From Candidatus Buchananbacteria bacterium (GTDB lineage Bacteria > Patescibacteriota > Patescibacteriia > 2-01-FULL-39-33), in assembly GCA_041666945.1 (NCBI GenBank), contig JBAYFY010000002.1:701-64700 (forward strand): a stretch of DNA of 64,000 bases, in the 5' to 3' direction. Below the pieces are notes generated by a model that saw only the letters and a program-made list of their open reading frames with translations, was not told where the DNA came from and did not search any database. Position 1 is the stretch's first letter. Every line of letters begins with the position of its first letter. This document shows, in pieces, positions 27,652 through 36,574 of the stretch. The position numbers and the translations under genes are program-made.

Positions 27652-28911
27652 ATGTCAAAAATAAAAAAGAAAAAACCGGCCAAGAAGCCGGTTAAAATCA
27701 AAGCCAAAAAAAAGTTGGCGCATCATTTGCCCAAAGCGCGCAAGCCGACCAGAGGCAAGAAATCGCGCAAAGCCAAGGCGCGAGCCAAGGAACCGTTGCG
27801 CCAGATAGCCCTGCCCAATCCGTTGGAGATTGAGGCGGTGATGAAGAAAGGCAGGATCCGCGGTTTTGTAACCGAGCAGGAATTGGCGTTGCTCTACCCG
27901 GAGATAGAAGAATACGTTGACCAGTATGAAGGCATGCTGGATGATTTGGATTATGCCAATATCGCCGTCGTGGAAGCGCCGTCGCTTCTGGGCAAACCGC
28001 CGACAGGCGTGCCGCCGCCGCCGCTGACGACCAAAGAAAAGAAAGCCGCCAAGATTTCCTTGAGCGAGAATATTGATTTGGGCGATATTTCCGCCGACTC
28101 CATTCAGATGTATCTGCGCGAAATCGGCAAGGTGCCGCTTCTGCATACCGAGGAAGAGATTTCTTTGGCCAAGCGGATTGAGCGCGGCGATGTGGAAGCC
28201 AAGCAGAAATTGATTAAGGCCAATTTGCGCCTGGTGGTTTCCATTGCCAAAAAATTCACAGGCAAGAACCTGTCGCTTCTGGATCTGATTCAGGAAGGCA
28301 ATATCGGGCTGTTCCGCGCCGTAGAAAAATTTGATTATCACAAGGGCTATAAATTTTCCACTTACGCCACTTGGTGGATCCGCCAGGCCATTACCCGCTC
28401 GCTCGCGGACCAATCGCGCACCATTCGCATTCCCGTTCACATGGTGGAGAACATTAATCGTTTTCAGCAAGTGGAACGGCGTTTGGTGCAGGACTTGGGA
28501 CGCGAACCCATGCCTGAGGAGATTGCCGCGGAAATGGGCGAGGAATTGGAAAAGGTTTTGCACATCTTAAAGATTTCGCAGGAGACGATTTCGCTGGGCA
28601 CGCCCGTGGGCGACGACAGCGAGGACTCGGTGCTGGAGGATTTTATTGAAGACCAGAAAACCTTGACGCCGGATCGCGCCGCCGCTTTGCGCATTTTAAG
28701 CGATTATGTGAGACAGGTGATCAGCGAGCTGACGCCGCGCGAACAAAAAGTGTTGGAAATGCGTTTTGGCTTGCGCGATGGCGTGGCCCATACTTTGGAA
28801 GAAGTGGGCAAGGAGTTTGATGTTACCCGCGAACGTATCCGCCAGATTGAAGCCAAGGCGCTGGAAAAGATTGAAAAGATACAGGGGATTGAAAAGCTAA
28901 GGGATTACTAA
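27652..28911 (+). CDS. rpoD: Primary RNA polymerase sigma factor (sigma-70 family)
   Basis: Lys-rich N-terminus. Region 2 motifs ([26 protein letters not shown]...[13 protein letters not shown]). Region 4 [24 protein letters not shown]. Confidence 0.9.
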   Translation: MSKIKKKKPAKKPVKIKAKKKLAHHLPKARKPTRGKKSRKAKARAKEPLRQIALPNPLEIEAVMKKGRIRGFVTEQELALLYPEIEEYVDQYEGMLDDLDYANIAVVEAPSLLGKPPTGVPPPPLTTKEKKAAKISLSENIDLGDISADSIQMYLREIGKVPLLHTEEEISLAKRIERGDVEAKQKLIKANLRLVVSIAKKFTGKNLSLLDLIQEGNIGLFRAVEKFDYHKGYKFSTYATWWIRQAITRSLADQSRTIRIPVHMVENINRFQQVERRLVQDLGREPMPEEIAAEMGEELEKVLHILKISQETISLGTPVGDDSEDSVLEDFIEDQKTLTPDRAAALRILSDYVRQVISELTPREQKVLEMRFGLRDGVAHTLEEVGKEFDVTRERIRQIEAKALEKIEKIQGIEKLRDY

Positions 28912-28959
28912 AAATAAAACGGCCGCCTGCGTAAGACGGTCGTTGTCGTTAAAGTTCGT

Positions 28960-29397
28960 TTAAATTCCTTTGGTTTGCGCCCGGTTGCCCGATTGCGCCG
29001 CTAATTTCATCAGTTCTTCCAGTTTTTCAATGAAGTCGGCCGGTACGGGGCCAGTGGTAAGTTCGCCGGACAAGTAGCCGATTCTGGTGCCGTTAAATAT
29101 TTCGTTAATGCTTATTCCCCGGGTTTGCAGTCGGCCGTGTTGGCTTAGCGGTTGCGTCATAACATCGTTTATGAACTCTTGGGGCGGTTGCCAGCGATGA
29201 TCGGCGATATAATGCAGGATCATATCAGGCATAACCCAACGGTGTCCGTTGGCGAAGGTCAGATTAACGTCGCCGGAGGATAGGTGGGAGAAACGGTTTT
29301 CTTTGCCATCAGTATGGCAGAACTCGCAGACGTGGAAACCCATGGTTTTATCTCCTTGGTTAAGTGGTTTTTTACAGAACTTCAAATCAATATTCAA
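28960..29397 (-). CDS. Hypothetical protein
   Basis: ORF of 145 aa. The true start may be the internal Met, giving about 128 aa. Possible N-terminal CxxC...H metal site (HVCEFCH). Confidence 0.45.
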   Translation of the reverse strand: MNIDLKFCKKPLNQGDKTMGFHVCEFCHTDGKENRFSHLSSGDVNLTFANGHRWVMPDMILHYIADHRWQPPQEFINDVMTQPLSQHGRLQTRGISINEIFNGTRIGYLSGELTTGPVPADFIEKLEELMKLAAQSGNRAQTKGI

Positions 29398-29432
29398 TTA
29401 TAGCGCATTTCACGGTGTTTGTCAATAGTTGA

Positions 29433-29516
29433 CGTTGAATCCTGCCAAGCCGGGTTTTTCCACAGGACAAATAATCTTGACAACCGCCTGTTTTTTTGCT
29501 AATATTATTAACACTA
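29433..29516 (+). promoter_or_regulatory. 84-bp repeat copy 1, containing consensus sigma-70 promoter (TTGACA-17-TAATAT) for tRNA-Asn
   Basis: TTGACA at 29477..29482 and TAATAT at 29500..29505. Near-identical copy at 40003..40086. Confidence 0.7.
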
Positions 29517-29539
29517 TTACCTTAAAACGAGTTCTAAGC

Positions 29540-29613
29540 TCAGCGGTAGCTCAACGGTAGAGCAACCGGCTGTTAACCGGTAGGTTACTGGTTCGAATCC
29601 AGTCCGCTGAGCC
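29540..29613 (+). tRNA. tRNA-Asn (anticodon GUU)
   Basis: Cloverleaf folded by hand. Acceptor TCAGCGG/CCGCTGA, D stem GCTC/GAGC, anticodon stem ACCGG/CCGGT with loop CTGTTAA, T stem ACTGG/CCAGT with TTCGAAT loop, discriminator G followed by CC. Confidence 0.85.
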
Positions 29614-29759
29614 TATAACTCGTTTTACGATTTTCGCCTCCCATGCGGAGGGAGAGCTTATAACTCGTTTAATTAAAATATCCGTCTTTATGGCGAATAT
29701 TTTAATTATGTAAAATAGATTAAGCCGTTTGAAAATTTGGCATAAAATAAACGAAGGGA

Positions 29760-30008
29760 GTGTATAACATGGCTTTGAAAGTTTTGGATCCCAAGTCTGC
29801 ATTGCGGGCAATGGAGCTATCGCGCGGGTCTTATCGGCCAAAAGAGATTATTGAATTGAAAGAAGCGATAGACGGAGAAACGCGGGCGAGCGAATTGGCA
29901 GCGTCCGTTTCCGGTGTCGTTGATTTAGAACGGGTAAAGAAAATTGTTGCCATGAAAATCCAATTGGATGGTTTGTACATTGATTGGATTGAAGGAAGGA
30001 TATCATAA
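29760..30008 (+). CDS. Hypothetical small protein (first ORF of island)
   Basis: 82 aa ORF with no motif. Weak call. Confidence 0.3.
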   Translation: MYNMALKVLDPKSALRAMELSRGSYRPKEIIELKEAIDGETRASELAASVSGVVDLERVKKIVAMKIQLDGLYIDWIEGRIS

Positions 30009-30251
30009 GGGGATTATAATAGTTGCGTCGCCGTGAGTGGTGACGCTTTTTTTTTATTTAAAACGTAAGGTTTGACTGAATCCGGACGGGTCAGAAACGA
30101 GACAACTTTTGTTACGTAGTATGTTACGTAACAAGAAATGTGTTGTCAAATAATTTTTATATATTTACCCGCTCTCCCGTGTGCGTAAACTGCACCCTCT
30201 TGATAATTATTCTAACTTTGAATATTCTTATATTGAATATATCATAAAGGT

Positions 30252-30473
30252 ATGCCAAAGACAATACATACAGACGAATATCAAAGAATTACCGAACGGC
30301 TCAAACAAGCCAGGGTTGATGCTGATTTCACACAAGAAGAAGTGGCTAAAAGAATTAAAAAGCCCCAATCTTATGTTTCTAAAATTGAGGCAGGGGAGCA
30401 GAGGATTGATATTATTGAACTTAAAGTATTTGCTAAACTTTACAAAAAGGAAGTTGATTATTTTATTCAATAG
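30252..30473 (+). CDS. XRE-family HTH regulator, likely R-M controller (C) protein
   Basis: 73 aa. LKQARVDADFTQEEVAKRIKKPQSYVSKIEAGEQ is a canonical Cro/C1 HTH. Sits 4 nt upstream of the next ORF and is convergent with the MTase. Confidence 0.8.
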   Translation: MPKTIHTDEYQRITERLKQARVDADFTQEEVAKRIKKPQSYVSKIEAGEQRIDIIELKVFAKLYKKEVDYFIQ

Positions 30474-30477
30474 ATAT

Positions 30478-31449
30478 ATGGAAAGGATAAATTATAAGGA
30501 ATTAATAGAGAAGTATCCTTGGGTTGTGGAAAAAGATCATGATTGTATATTGAGCCCAGACAGCGACGGTTTGCTGTGCGGTCTTTTTATGGCACATTAT
30601 TTGAATTGGAAAATAAGGGGATATTACGACGGAAAGGTATTAATTGTTGATAAAGGTGTAGATTTGCGTGAGTGTGTATTTTTGGATATGGAGATTTTTC
30701 GTAAAGAAATTAGAAGTGTGGGCCATCATATGGTGCTTTATAATAAAAATAAAAAACCGGAATCCTGGCATAATTTTGAGAATTGTGTTCAGCCGAATAA
30801 TTTACGTGATTATGATGGCGCCAAAAACTTCCCTTTAAAATATCCGTTAGCGACAATTCATTTATTGATTGGTATATTAAATAGTAAATTTTCAATTGAT
30901 ATTTCTGAATCGGCTATTTGTCCCTTATTGTATACAGATGGAGTTTTTAAAAATTTATTTGGATATCCGGAAAATTGTTTGGATTGGCTGAATTATCTTG
31001 GGGCAAACAATAAAGAAACAGCATTACATCAGATATTTCATAATGATTATTACTCCATTCATGATTTAATGGACGCTTTGAAGGATTTTTTTGAAAAAAT
31101 ATCTAATATTGGTGAAGGTAAAAGGGGTAATGATAAAATTAAAATATCAAATACTAAGAGCGAATTGGTAAATTTAGAAAAATCAGAGGATTGTTATTTT
31201 ATTAATAATGAAGCGAAAATAAAGGCCACAAAGTTTATAATGATATTATCCGAGTTGACGGGTTGGAAATATAAGGAAAATCATTGGTTATGGTCTGGTT
31301 TTAAAGTGATTAAATTCGAAAAATCTAAAATAAAACCAAATAATAAAAATTTTGAATTTTTATTGTCAAAAAATCCGCTGTCTTGGGCTATGACCAGCGG
31401 ATTAGATATAGAATACACTTTAGATCCTGATAATCTTTTATTAAAGTAG
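30478..31449 (+). CDS. Putative type II restriction endonuclease (position-based inference)
   Basis: 324 aa AT-rich ORF between the C-protein and the convergent MTase. No family-level motif recognised. Confidence 0.4.
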   Translation: MERINYKELIEKYPWVVEKDHDCILSPDSDGLLCGLFMAHYLNWKIRGYYDGKVLIVDKGVDLRECVFLDMEIFRKEIRSVGHHMVLYNKNKKPESWHNFENCVQPNNLRDYDGAKNFPLKYPLATIHLLIGILNSKFSIDISESAICPLLYTDGVFKNLFGYPENCLDWLNYLGANNKETALHQIFHNDYYSIHDLMDALKDFFEKISNIGEGKRGNDKIKISNTKSELVNLEKSEDCYFINNEAKIKATKFIMILSELTGWKYKENHWLWSGFKVIKFEKSKIKPNNKNFEFLLSKNPLSWAMTSGLDIEYTLDPDNLLLK

Positions 31450-32934
31450 TTTGTTTTGAAGTGTTTGTCTTTCTTCTTTTATTCGTTTTTTTGCCAACTC
31501 GCAATATTCTTCTGAAATTTCAAAACCAATATAGTTTCGGTCTTGATTGATGGCGGCCAATGCAGTAGTGCCGCTTCCTAGAAATGGGTCAATAACAATC
31601 CCTTTAGGCGGACAAAAACATTGAATAAAATCAACTGGTATTTTATCTGGAAAAGTTGCCGGATGTTGATGTTTTAAACGGGTTCCGTCACCGCAAGTTA
31701 CATAATCCCAAATCGTCCCCCTACATTTCAGAGGATTTATTGTTACTTTATGGGATTGTAATGTTTTGCCGTTCGTTAATCTCGTTGCGCATCCAGTCAT
31801 GGTTTTACCGCCATGTTTTGATGGTATTTTTAAATGATCTTTTTGAAAATATTGCGGTCTCTCTCCCTTCAGAAATATTGGGATATATTCGTGATCGACC
31901 CTGAATCTTTTAGTCCACCAGGCGCCTTCGGCGCCGTGTTTTTTATAAATAACAGTTTCGAATAGTTTAAATCCAATATTATCGCACCAATCAATAATAG
32001 TACGAAATGATGTTAGTGATTTACCAAAGTTTTTGGTTTGATCTTGGATTACCATTATTGCAACTCCTCCGTTTTTCAAAATTCGAAAAATTTCTTTTCC
32101 CGTATCATGCAAATTATAATTGAATCCATTATAGTCCCTTACGCTGTCGTAGGGAGGGGAAGTAACTATTACGTCAATTGAATTGTCTGGTAATCTTTTC
32201 ATTCCTTCAACGCAATCCACACATTGTACCGTGTTAAGAACTTGTTTTAAATTCAATTCCCTGTTTATTTTTTGGTCATAATCATGAGACGTACTATTGT
32301 ATTCAAATGTTATATTTGGTTGCTCTTGTTTGATAATATCAAAAACGACTCCCTGAATATTAAATTTTTGATTTTTGTTTACTATAATCGGGCTAAATTG
32401 CTTATTAGCCGGTTGAAGCCGTATTTGATTTTTTTCTTTATAGTATCTTTTTAATGTCGCCTCAGTGTTATTAATCAACGCAACAACTCGATCTCCATTA
32501 TTAGCGGTTTGTTGATTTTTAACTAAAATAATATCGCCGTTGTTAATGTTTTCATCAATCATGCTATTACCACTAACCTTTAAAGCATAGAAATTACCGT
32601 TAGATGGTAAATTTGACTTAGGTACCGCAATGGTCTCCCTTTCTTCAATTGCTTCAATTGGTTGACCGGCGACGATAGTGCCAAAAAATGGAACCTGAAT
32701 TAAGAGTTCGCTGGAAAAAATATCAATGCTTCTGGCATGGTTCTCTGTTTTGTTTAAAAATCCCTTATCTTTAAGTGCCTCAATGTGTTGATGAACCGTG
32801 CTAACTGATAGTTTAAAATGCTTTCCGATTTCCTCAAGAGAAGGGGAATATCCATTTTTTTTGATGTAATCCTTAGTGTAATTAAGGATTTCTTTTTGTC
32901 TTGGGGTTATCATATTTGACTTTATTTTGAGCAA
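31441..32934 (-). CDS. Fusion: LexA-like repressor (wHTH + S24 autopeptidase) :: beta-class N4/N6 DNA methyltransferase
   Basis: N-terminus matches LexA (PRQKEIL..., GNSM catalytic Ser, TLKRY catalytic Lys). C-terminal part has motif IV VTSPPY before motif I DPFLGSGTT. This is the pfam N6_N4_Mtase order. Confidence 0.8.
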   Translation of the reverse strand: MLKIKSNMITPRQKEILNYTKDYIKKNGYSPSLEEIGKHFKLSVSTVHQHIEALKDKGFLNKTENHARSIDIFSSELLIQVPFFGTIVAGQPIEAIEERETIAVPKSNLPSNGNFYALKVSGNSMIDENINNGDIILVKNQQTANNGDRVVALINNTEATLKRYYKEKNQIRLQPANKQFSPIIVNKNQKFNIQGVVFDIIKQEQPNITFEYNSTSHDYDQKINRELNLKQVLNTVQCVDCVEGMKRLPDNSIDVIVTSPPYDSVRDYNGFNYNLHDTGKEIFRILKNGGVAIMVIQDQTKNFGKSLTSFRTIIDWCDNIGFKLFETVIYKKHGAEGAWWTKRFRVDHEYIPIFLKGERPQYFQKDHLKIPSKHGGKTMTGCATRLTNGKTLQSHKVTINPLKCRGTIWDYVTCGDGTRLKHQHPATFPDKIPVDFIQCFCPPKGIVIDPFLGSGTTALAAINQDRNYIGFEISEEYCELAKKRIKEERQTLQNKLL

Positions 32935-33227
32935 GATTTATTATATAAGTATTATACCGAAAATAAACCGAAAGTAGAAGTTGAGTTATCCACAGCAAAC
33001 ATTGCTAATGTGTTGCATATGATTTTATTAAATGGAATAATTGCCAAAAGTCTATTGGCGCGCTAAAATTGAAGCAAATATGGCCTGTGATATCAAAAAT
33101 CACCGAAAACTCAGAATGATAAGTTAGAAGGTTCTAATAGTTTGAGAACATCAATTAAATAAAAAATACTTTGTTTTAATCACCTTGAAAATAATAAGAT
33201 TTCTTAAAAATAATTGACGATAATAAT

Positions 33228-33578
33228 ATGGATCTTAAAAATTTTACAAAACAAGCCATTTTAGAAATTACCGAGGCCGTTAAAGAAATAAATATTGATA
33301 GAGAGGTTTTATTGGTATCCGGCAAGGATAAGCGAACAATAGAATTTGATGTGGCCGTAACTGTTGAGGAAAATAGAGCTACAACTGGCAGTGGACAGAT
33401 TCAAGTGCTAGGTCTTATTCGGGGAGAGGGCGATATTAAACAAGAAGTTAAAAATGCTACTGTTAGCAGAATTGAATTCGGTGTTTCGATAGCAACAGCA
33501 ACAAAAGCCGAGATTGAAAAGCAACGATTAGAAATCGAAGCGTATAATAGAAGAAATCAAGATTCTAGTTATAAATAA
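33228..33578 (+). CDS. Hypothetical protein, probably co-transcribed with Abi-like gene
   Basis: 116 aa. The following gene starts 18 nt after its stop. Confidence 0.45.
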   Translation: MDLKNFTKQAILEITEAVKEINIDREVLLVSGKDKRTIEFDVAVTVEENRATTGSGQIQVLGLIRGEGDIKQEVKNATVSRIEFGVSIATATKAEIEKQRLEIEAYNRRNQDSSYK

Positions 33579-33596
33579 TAGAATTTATAACTTTTT

Positions 33597-34646
33597 ATGG
33601 AAAGCGAATTAGAGTCTTGGCAGATAACAGATTTTAATTTGAATGACAATCAGCTCAAGATTGACAAGCTTGGTCTTATAAAAATAATTAGAAGTGATGA
33701 TGGTATTTTAACTCTTGTTAGTGACGCAAATTACGGGGTCATAGATCATGAAAAACCCTCACCGGCAAAGTTTGCTAACAATGATTCTATTTTGGGGTTT
33801 ATACTTGATATAGGCATTAGAAGAGAAAAAGTGCTTGCCAGTGGACATGGTTTTTATTTCGGTAGATCAATAATTAGGCCCCAATCCTCAAAAATTATTT
33901 CTCAGAATGATTTCGATGAGGAATTATTTGAAAAAATCAGTGATATCATTAACAGCAAATATCAATCCAATAATAAACAAGAAGAAACGGAGGCAATAAG
34001 ATTGAGGTTTTTATTTGATACATACAATAATGCTCGTCTTTTATTCCCTAATTTTTTATCAGAAAGTTATCTTAACCTATTACGAATTATCGACGCATTA
34101 AGCGTTAAGAGGCACGCTGAAAGTTTCGCTCTATTCGCAGCAATGATTTCCTCAGATTTAAATGATGCAATTTATAATAAAGTAAATATTATAGAGGGAT
34201 ATAAGGATAGAATAGATTATGCGGCTGATTTATTTAAAAATTTAATGGAGAAAAAAAATATTGAGAGATCCTGTAAAGCTGAAATGGGTAAATTAAATGA
34301 TAAAGGAAAGTTTATTTTTTCTTGTTTCTATGTTGCTTACCAGTACAGAAACAAATTTGTTCATCTCGGCTTCCCATTTCCAGACACCGTTAAGAATTCT
34401 TATGGCTTAAAGGATGGCTCCGGTACTGCATTTTTAAATCCAGCGCTTGGTATTTATTGGCGAAAAGTTTATAGGCCGAATGGAATCGAAGATGGCGATT
34501 TAATAGACATACATCAATTTATGCCCGACGAAGAAGAGGCGCAAAAATTTAAAGACGAATATTTTAAGCTTCTGCCAACTTGGCATTTTGTAAAACAACT
34601 AACTAGAGAGGCGTTACGGAAAAAAATTATTAACGAATCTAAATAA
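33597..34646 (+). CDS. Abi_2 / AbiD-AbiF-like abortive-infection protein (HEPN Rx4H)
   Basis: 349 aa. YQYRNKFVHLG matches the HEPN R-x4-H motif typical of Abi_2. Size and AT-rich context fit. Confidence 0.55.
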   Translation: MESELESWQITDFNLNDNQLKIDKLGLIKIIRSDDGILTLVSDANYGVIDHEKPSPAKFANNDSILGFILDIGIRREKVLASGHGFYFGRSIIRPQSSKIISQNDFDEELFEKISDIINSKYQSNNKQEETEAIRLRFLFDTYNNARLLFPNFLSESYLNLLRIIDALSVKRHAESFALFAAMISSDLNDAIYNKVNIIEGYKDRIDYAADLFKNLMEKKNIERSCKAEMGKLNDKGKFIFSCFYVAYQYRNKFVHLGFPFPDTVKNSYGLKDGSGTAFLNPALGIYWRKVYRPNGIEDGDLIDIHQFMPDEEEAQKFKDEYFKLLPTWHFVKQLTREALRKKIINESK

Positions 34647-34795
34647 AATTATATGGAAAAATATATTCGCAAAGTAACTCATGCCGGCAAAATAATCCTG
34701 TCAATCGTTATCCCGACAGAAATCGTGGATGAATTAAAGATAAAAGAAAAGCAGAAATTGACCATAACGACAAAATGCAAGAGTATTATTAAAGA

Positions 34796-35476
34796 TTGGA
34801 AATAGTTTTAATTATGATTCCAAAACAAGAAAAAATATATAATGAATTAGGTAAACAATTAGTTAATTGTAATTTTAACTGTTCCGGTATTAATAATAAT
34901 AAAAAGTTCGGGTATTTTCCTCGGCTATTATTTATAGAAAAAGGAAATGATAATGGAAAAGGAGCAATTATTATCGGATTAAATCCAGGCAAGTGTGGTG
35001 AATCAGAACGAAAGTGGGTTAGTAAAAATCAAGATTATTGGGTTAATCAAAAAGATTATTATAGTAATAATTTATTAAAGTGGAAGTATTTTCGTCGCGT
35101 TAAGGAGCTATTAAATTTACTTGGTTATCAAGGTGATATCTTATGGACAAATTTAGTAAAATGTGAGTGCATCGGTAGTAACGGAGATTTACCGATACAA
35201 ACCATAAGGACATGTGTAAACAAATTTTTAAAGAACGAAATTGATAGTTTATTGCCTCAGTGTGATATATTTGCCATAGGTAACCAATCTTTTGGGATTA
35301 GTTCGGTGGCATTTCCTAATAATTTTGTAATTGGGTTGCCCCATTCATCTGGTCCGTATGCTTCAACTAAATTTTTACGATTGTTAGAAAAAATTAGAAA
35401 AGACAAAAAAAAGTATTTAAACATAATTAATAAGAAAGGGGATAATAATAATCAGATTTTAGCAATAAAATTATAA
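34796..35476 (+). CDS. Uracil-DNA glycosylase superfamily-like protein (MUG/TDG-like motifs)
   Basis: GAIIIGLNPGKCGE (motif A, compare the GINPG of Mug) and GLPHSSGPY (motif B, compare NPSGLS). Confidence 0.5.
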   Translation: MEIVLIMIPKQEKIYNELGKQLVNCNFNCSGINNNKKFGYFPRLLFIEKGNDNGKGAIIIGLNPGKCGESERKWVSKNQDYWVNQKDYYSNNLLKWKYFRRVKELLNLLGYQGDILWTNLVKCECIGSNGDLPIQTIRTCVNKFLKNEIDSLLPQCDIFAIGNQSFGISSVAFPNNFVIGLPHSSGPYASTKFLRLLEKIRKDKKKYLNIINKKGDNNNQILAIKL

Positions 35477-35488
35477 AATGGTAATACT

Positions 35489-36238
35489 ATGAAAGTGGGT
35501 AGGAATGATCAATGTCCCTGTGGTAGCGGTCGAAAATATAAGCATTGCTATCAGGATCATGATAGCGGTTGTTTACAAAAATTAAAGGATGATAGAATTA
35601 AAATGTTAGCAGAACATAATGACCGTGAAAAAAAAGTATTTCGTTTTTTTAATGAAGTAATAGAAGAAACAAATATTATTTTATTAAAATCAGAAGATGG
35701 TCATGATAAGATTCAGTCACGAATACAAATGATTATTATTTTTAGTTTGGTCGACATGTTGGGCGGTTATTGGTATACGTTTCTCGGGCAGAATGGTAAA
35801 ACATTAGAGCGTCCAAAAAATTGGTACAACAAATACTGTGCTACTGAAGAGAATATACATTATAAAGATTTTTGGACGGAATTAAATGTTGAACGCTTGT
35901 ATGTTTTTAGAAATTCCCTCGTTCATTTTTTTGGATTAGGTGAAAAATACGATAATATATACATTTCACTCGCATCAAATAATTTGCCAGATAAAACGCA
36001 TAAAAATTGGCAAGAAGAATTTTCAAAAAAAGGAGACAAGACGATTATTATTAGACCAGAAGATTTTTATAATTTAATAAAAGAGGGTGGCGTATTGATG
36101 CTAAAAGAATGGGGGAATATGATTAAGCAAGCACAAACCAATAGAGATAAAGAGTGTTATTATATTAATGGCATAGAACGAGTCTGGGATAAGATTAGAA
36201 AAGAAGGGGCTGTAAGAATTCCAAGTAATATTAAATAA
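35489..36238 (+). CDS. SEC-C zinc motif + HEPN-like (Rx4H) domain protein
   Basis: N-terminal GRNDQCPCGSGRKYKHCY is near-identical in pattern to the SecA C-terminus. Later FRNSLVHFFGLGE is an Rx4H motif. Confidence 0.6.
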   Translation: MKVGRNDQCPCGSGRKYKHCYQDHDSGCLQKLKDDRIKMLAEHNDREKKVFRFFNEVIEETNIILLKSEDGHDKIQSRIQMIIIFSLVDMLGGYWYTFLGQNGKTLERPKNWYNKYCATEENIHYKDFWTELNVERLYVFRNSLVHFFGLGEKYDNIYISLASNNLPDKTHKNWQEEFSKKGDKTIIIRPEDFYNLIKEGGVLMLKEWGNMIKQAQTNRDKECYYINGIERVWDKIRKEGAVRIPSNIK

Positions 36239-36504
36239 TTTTAATAATTAGTTATAATTAGGCCGTCGCCGTCTGCCTGCCGGTAGGCAGGGCTTCAAAA
36301 ATCGTCATTGGGAAATTTTTGAAAAAAATTTCTTATTTTCTTAAGGAGGGAGGGCTTATAGCTTGTTTTACGCATCTCATCGCCACCTCCACAGGTGGCG
36401 ATTTGCGTTTCTACTAATATTTTTCAGCTTTCTTTTAATTTCACCACCGCTTCCCGCGAGAGCAAGGGGTGGCAAAGTTAGTAATTACCCATTTAATATA
36501 AAAA

Positions 36505-36534
36505 GCGGTTAAGGGCATCTCTGTCCTTAACCGC
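36505..36534 (-). terminator. Rho-independent terminator of the MVP-like gene
   Basis: gcggttaagg-10 nt loop-ccttaaccgc perfect 10-bp stem, followed by a T-run on the minus strand. Confidence 0.7.
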
Positions 36535-36574
36535 TTTGGTACTAATTAATGAGCTATATTACTTTTGACGGTGC

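Noticed and set aside
30181-31449. Single 422-aa ORF spanning the XRE gene region and the putative REase
   Set aside because: The first ~100 codons are an out-of-frame read-through of the region encoding the clean 73-aa XRE HTH protein (30252..30473). The REase candidate is better started at the ATG at 30478, 4 nt after the C-gene stop.
29614-36400. Prophage or integrative element with integrase
   Set aside because: No tyrosine/serine recombinase, terminase, capsid or other phage structural genes in the island. It is called a defense island (possibly degraded) instead.
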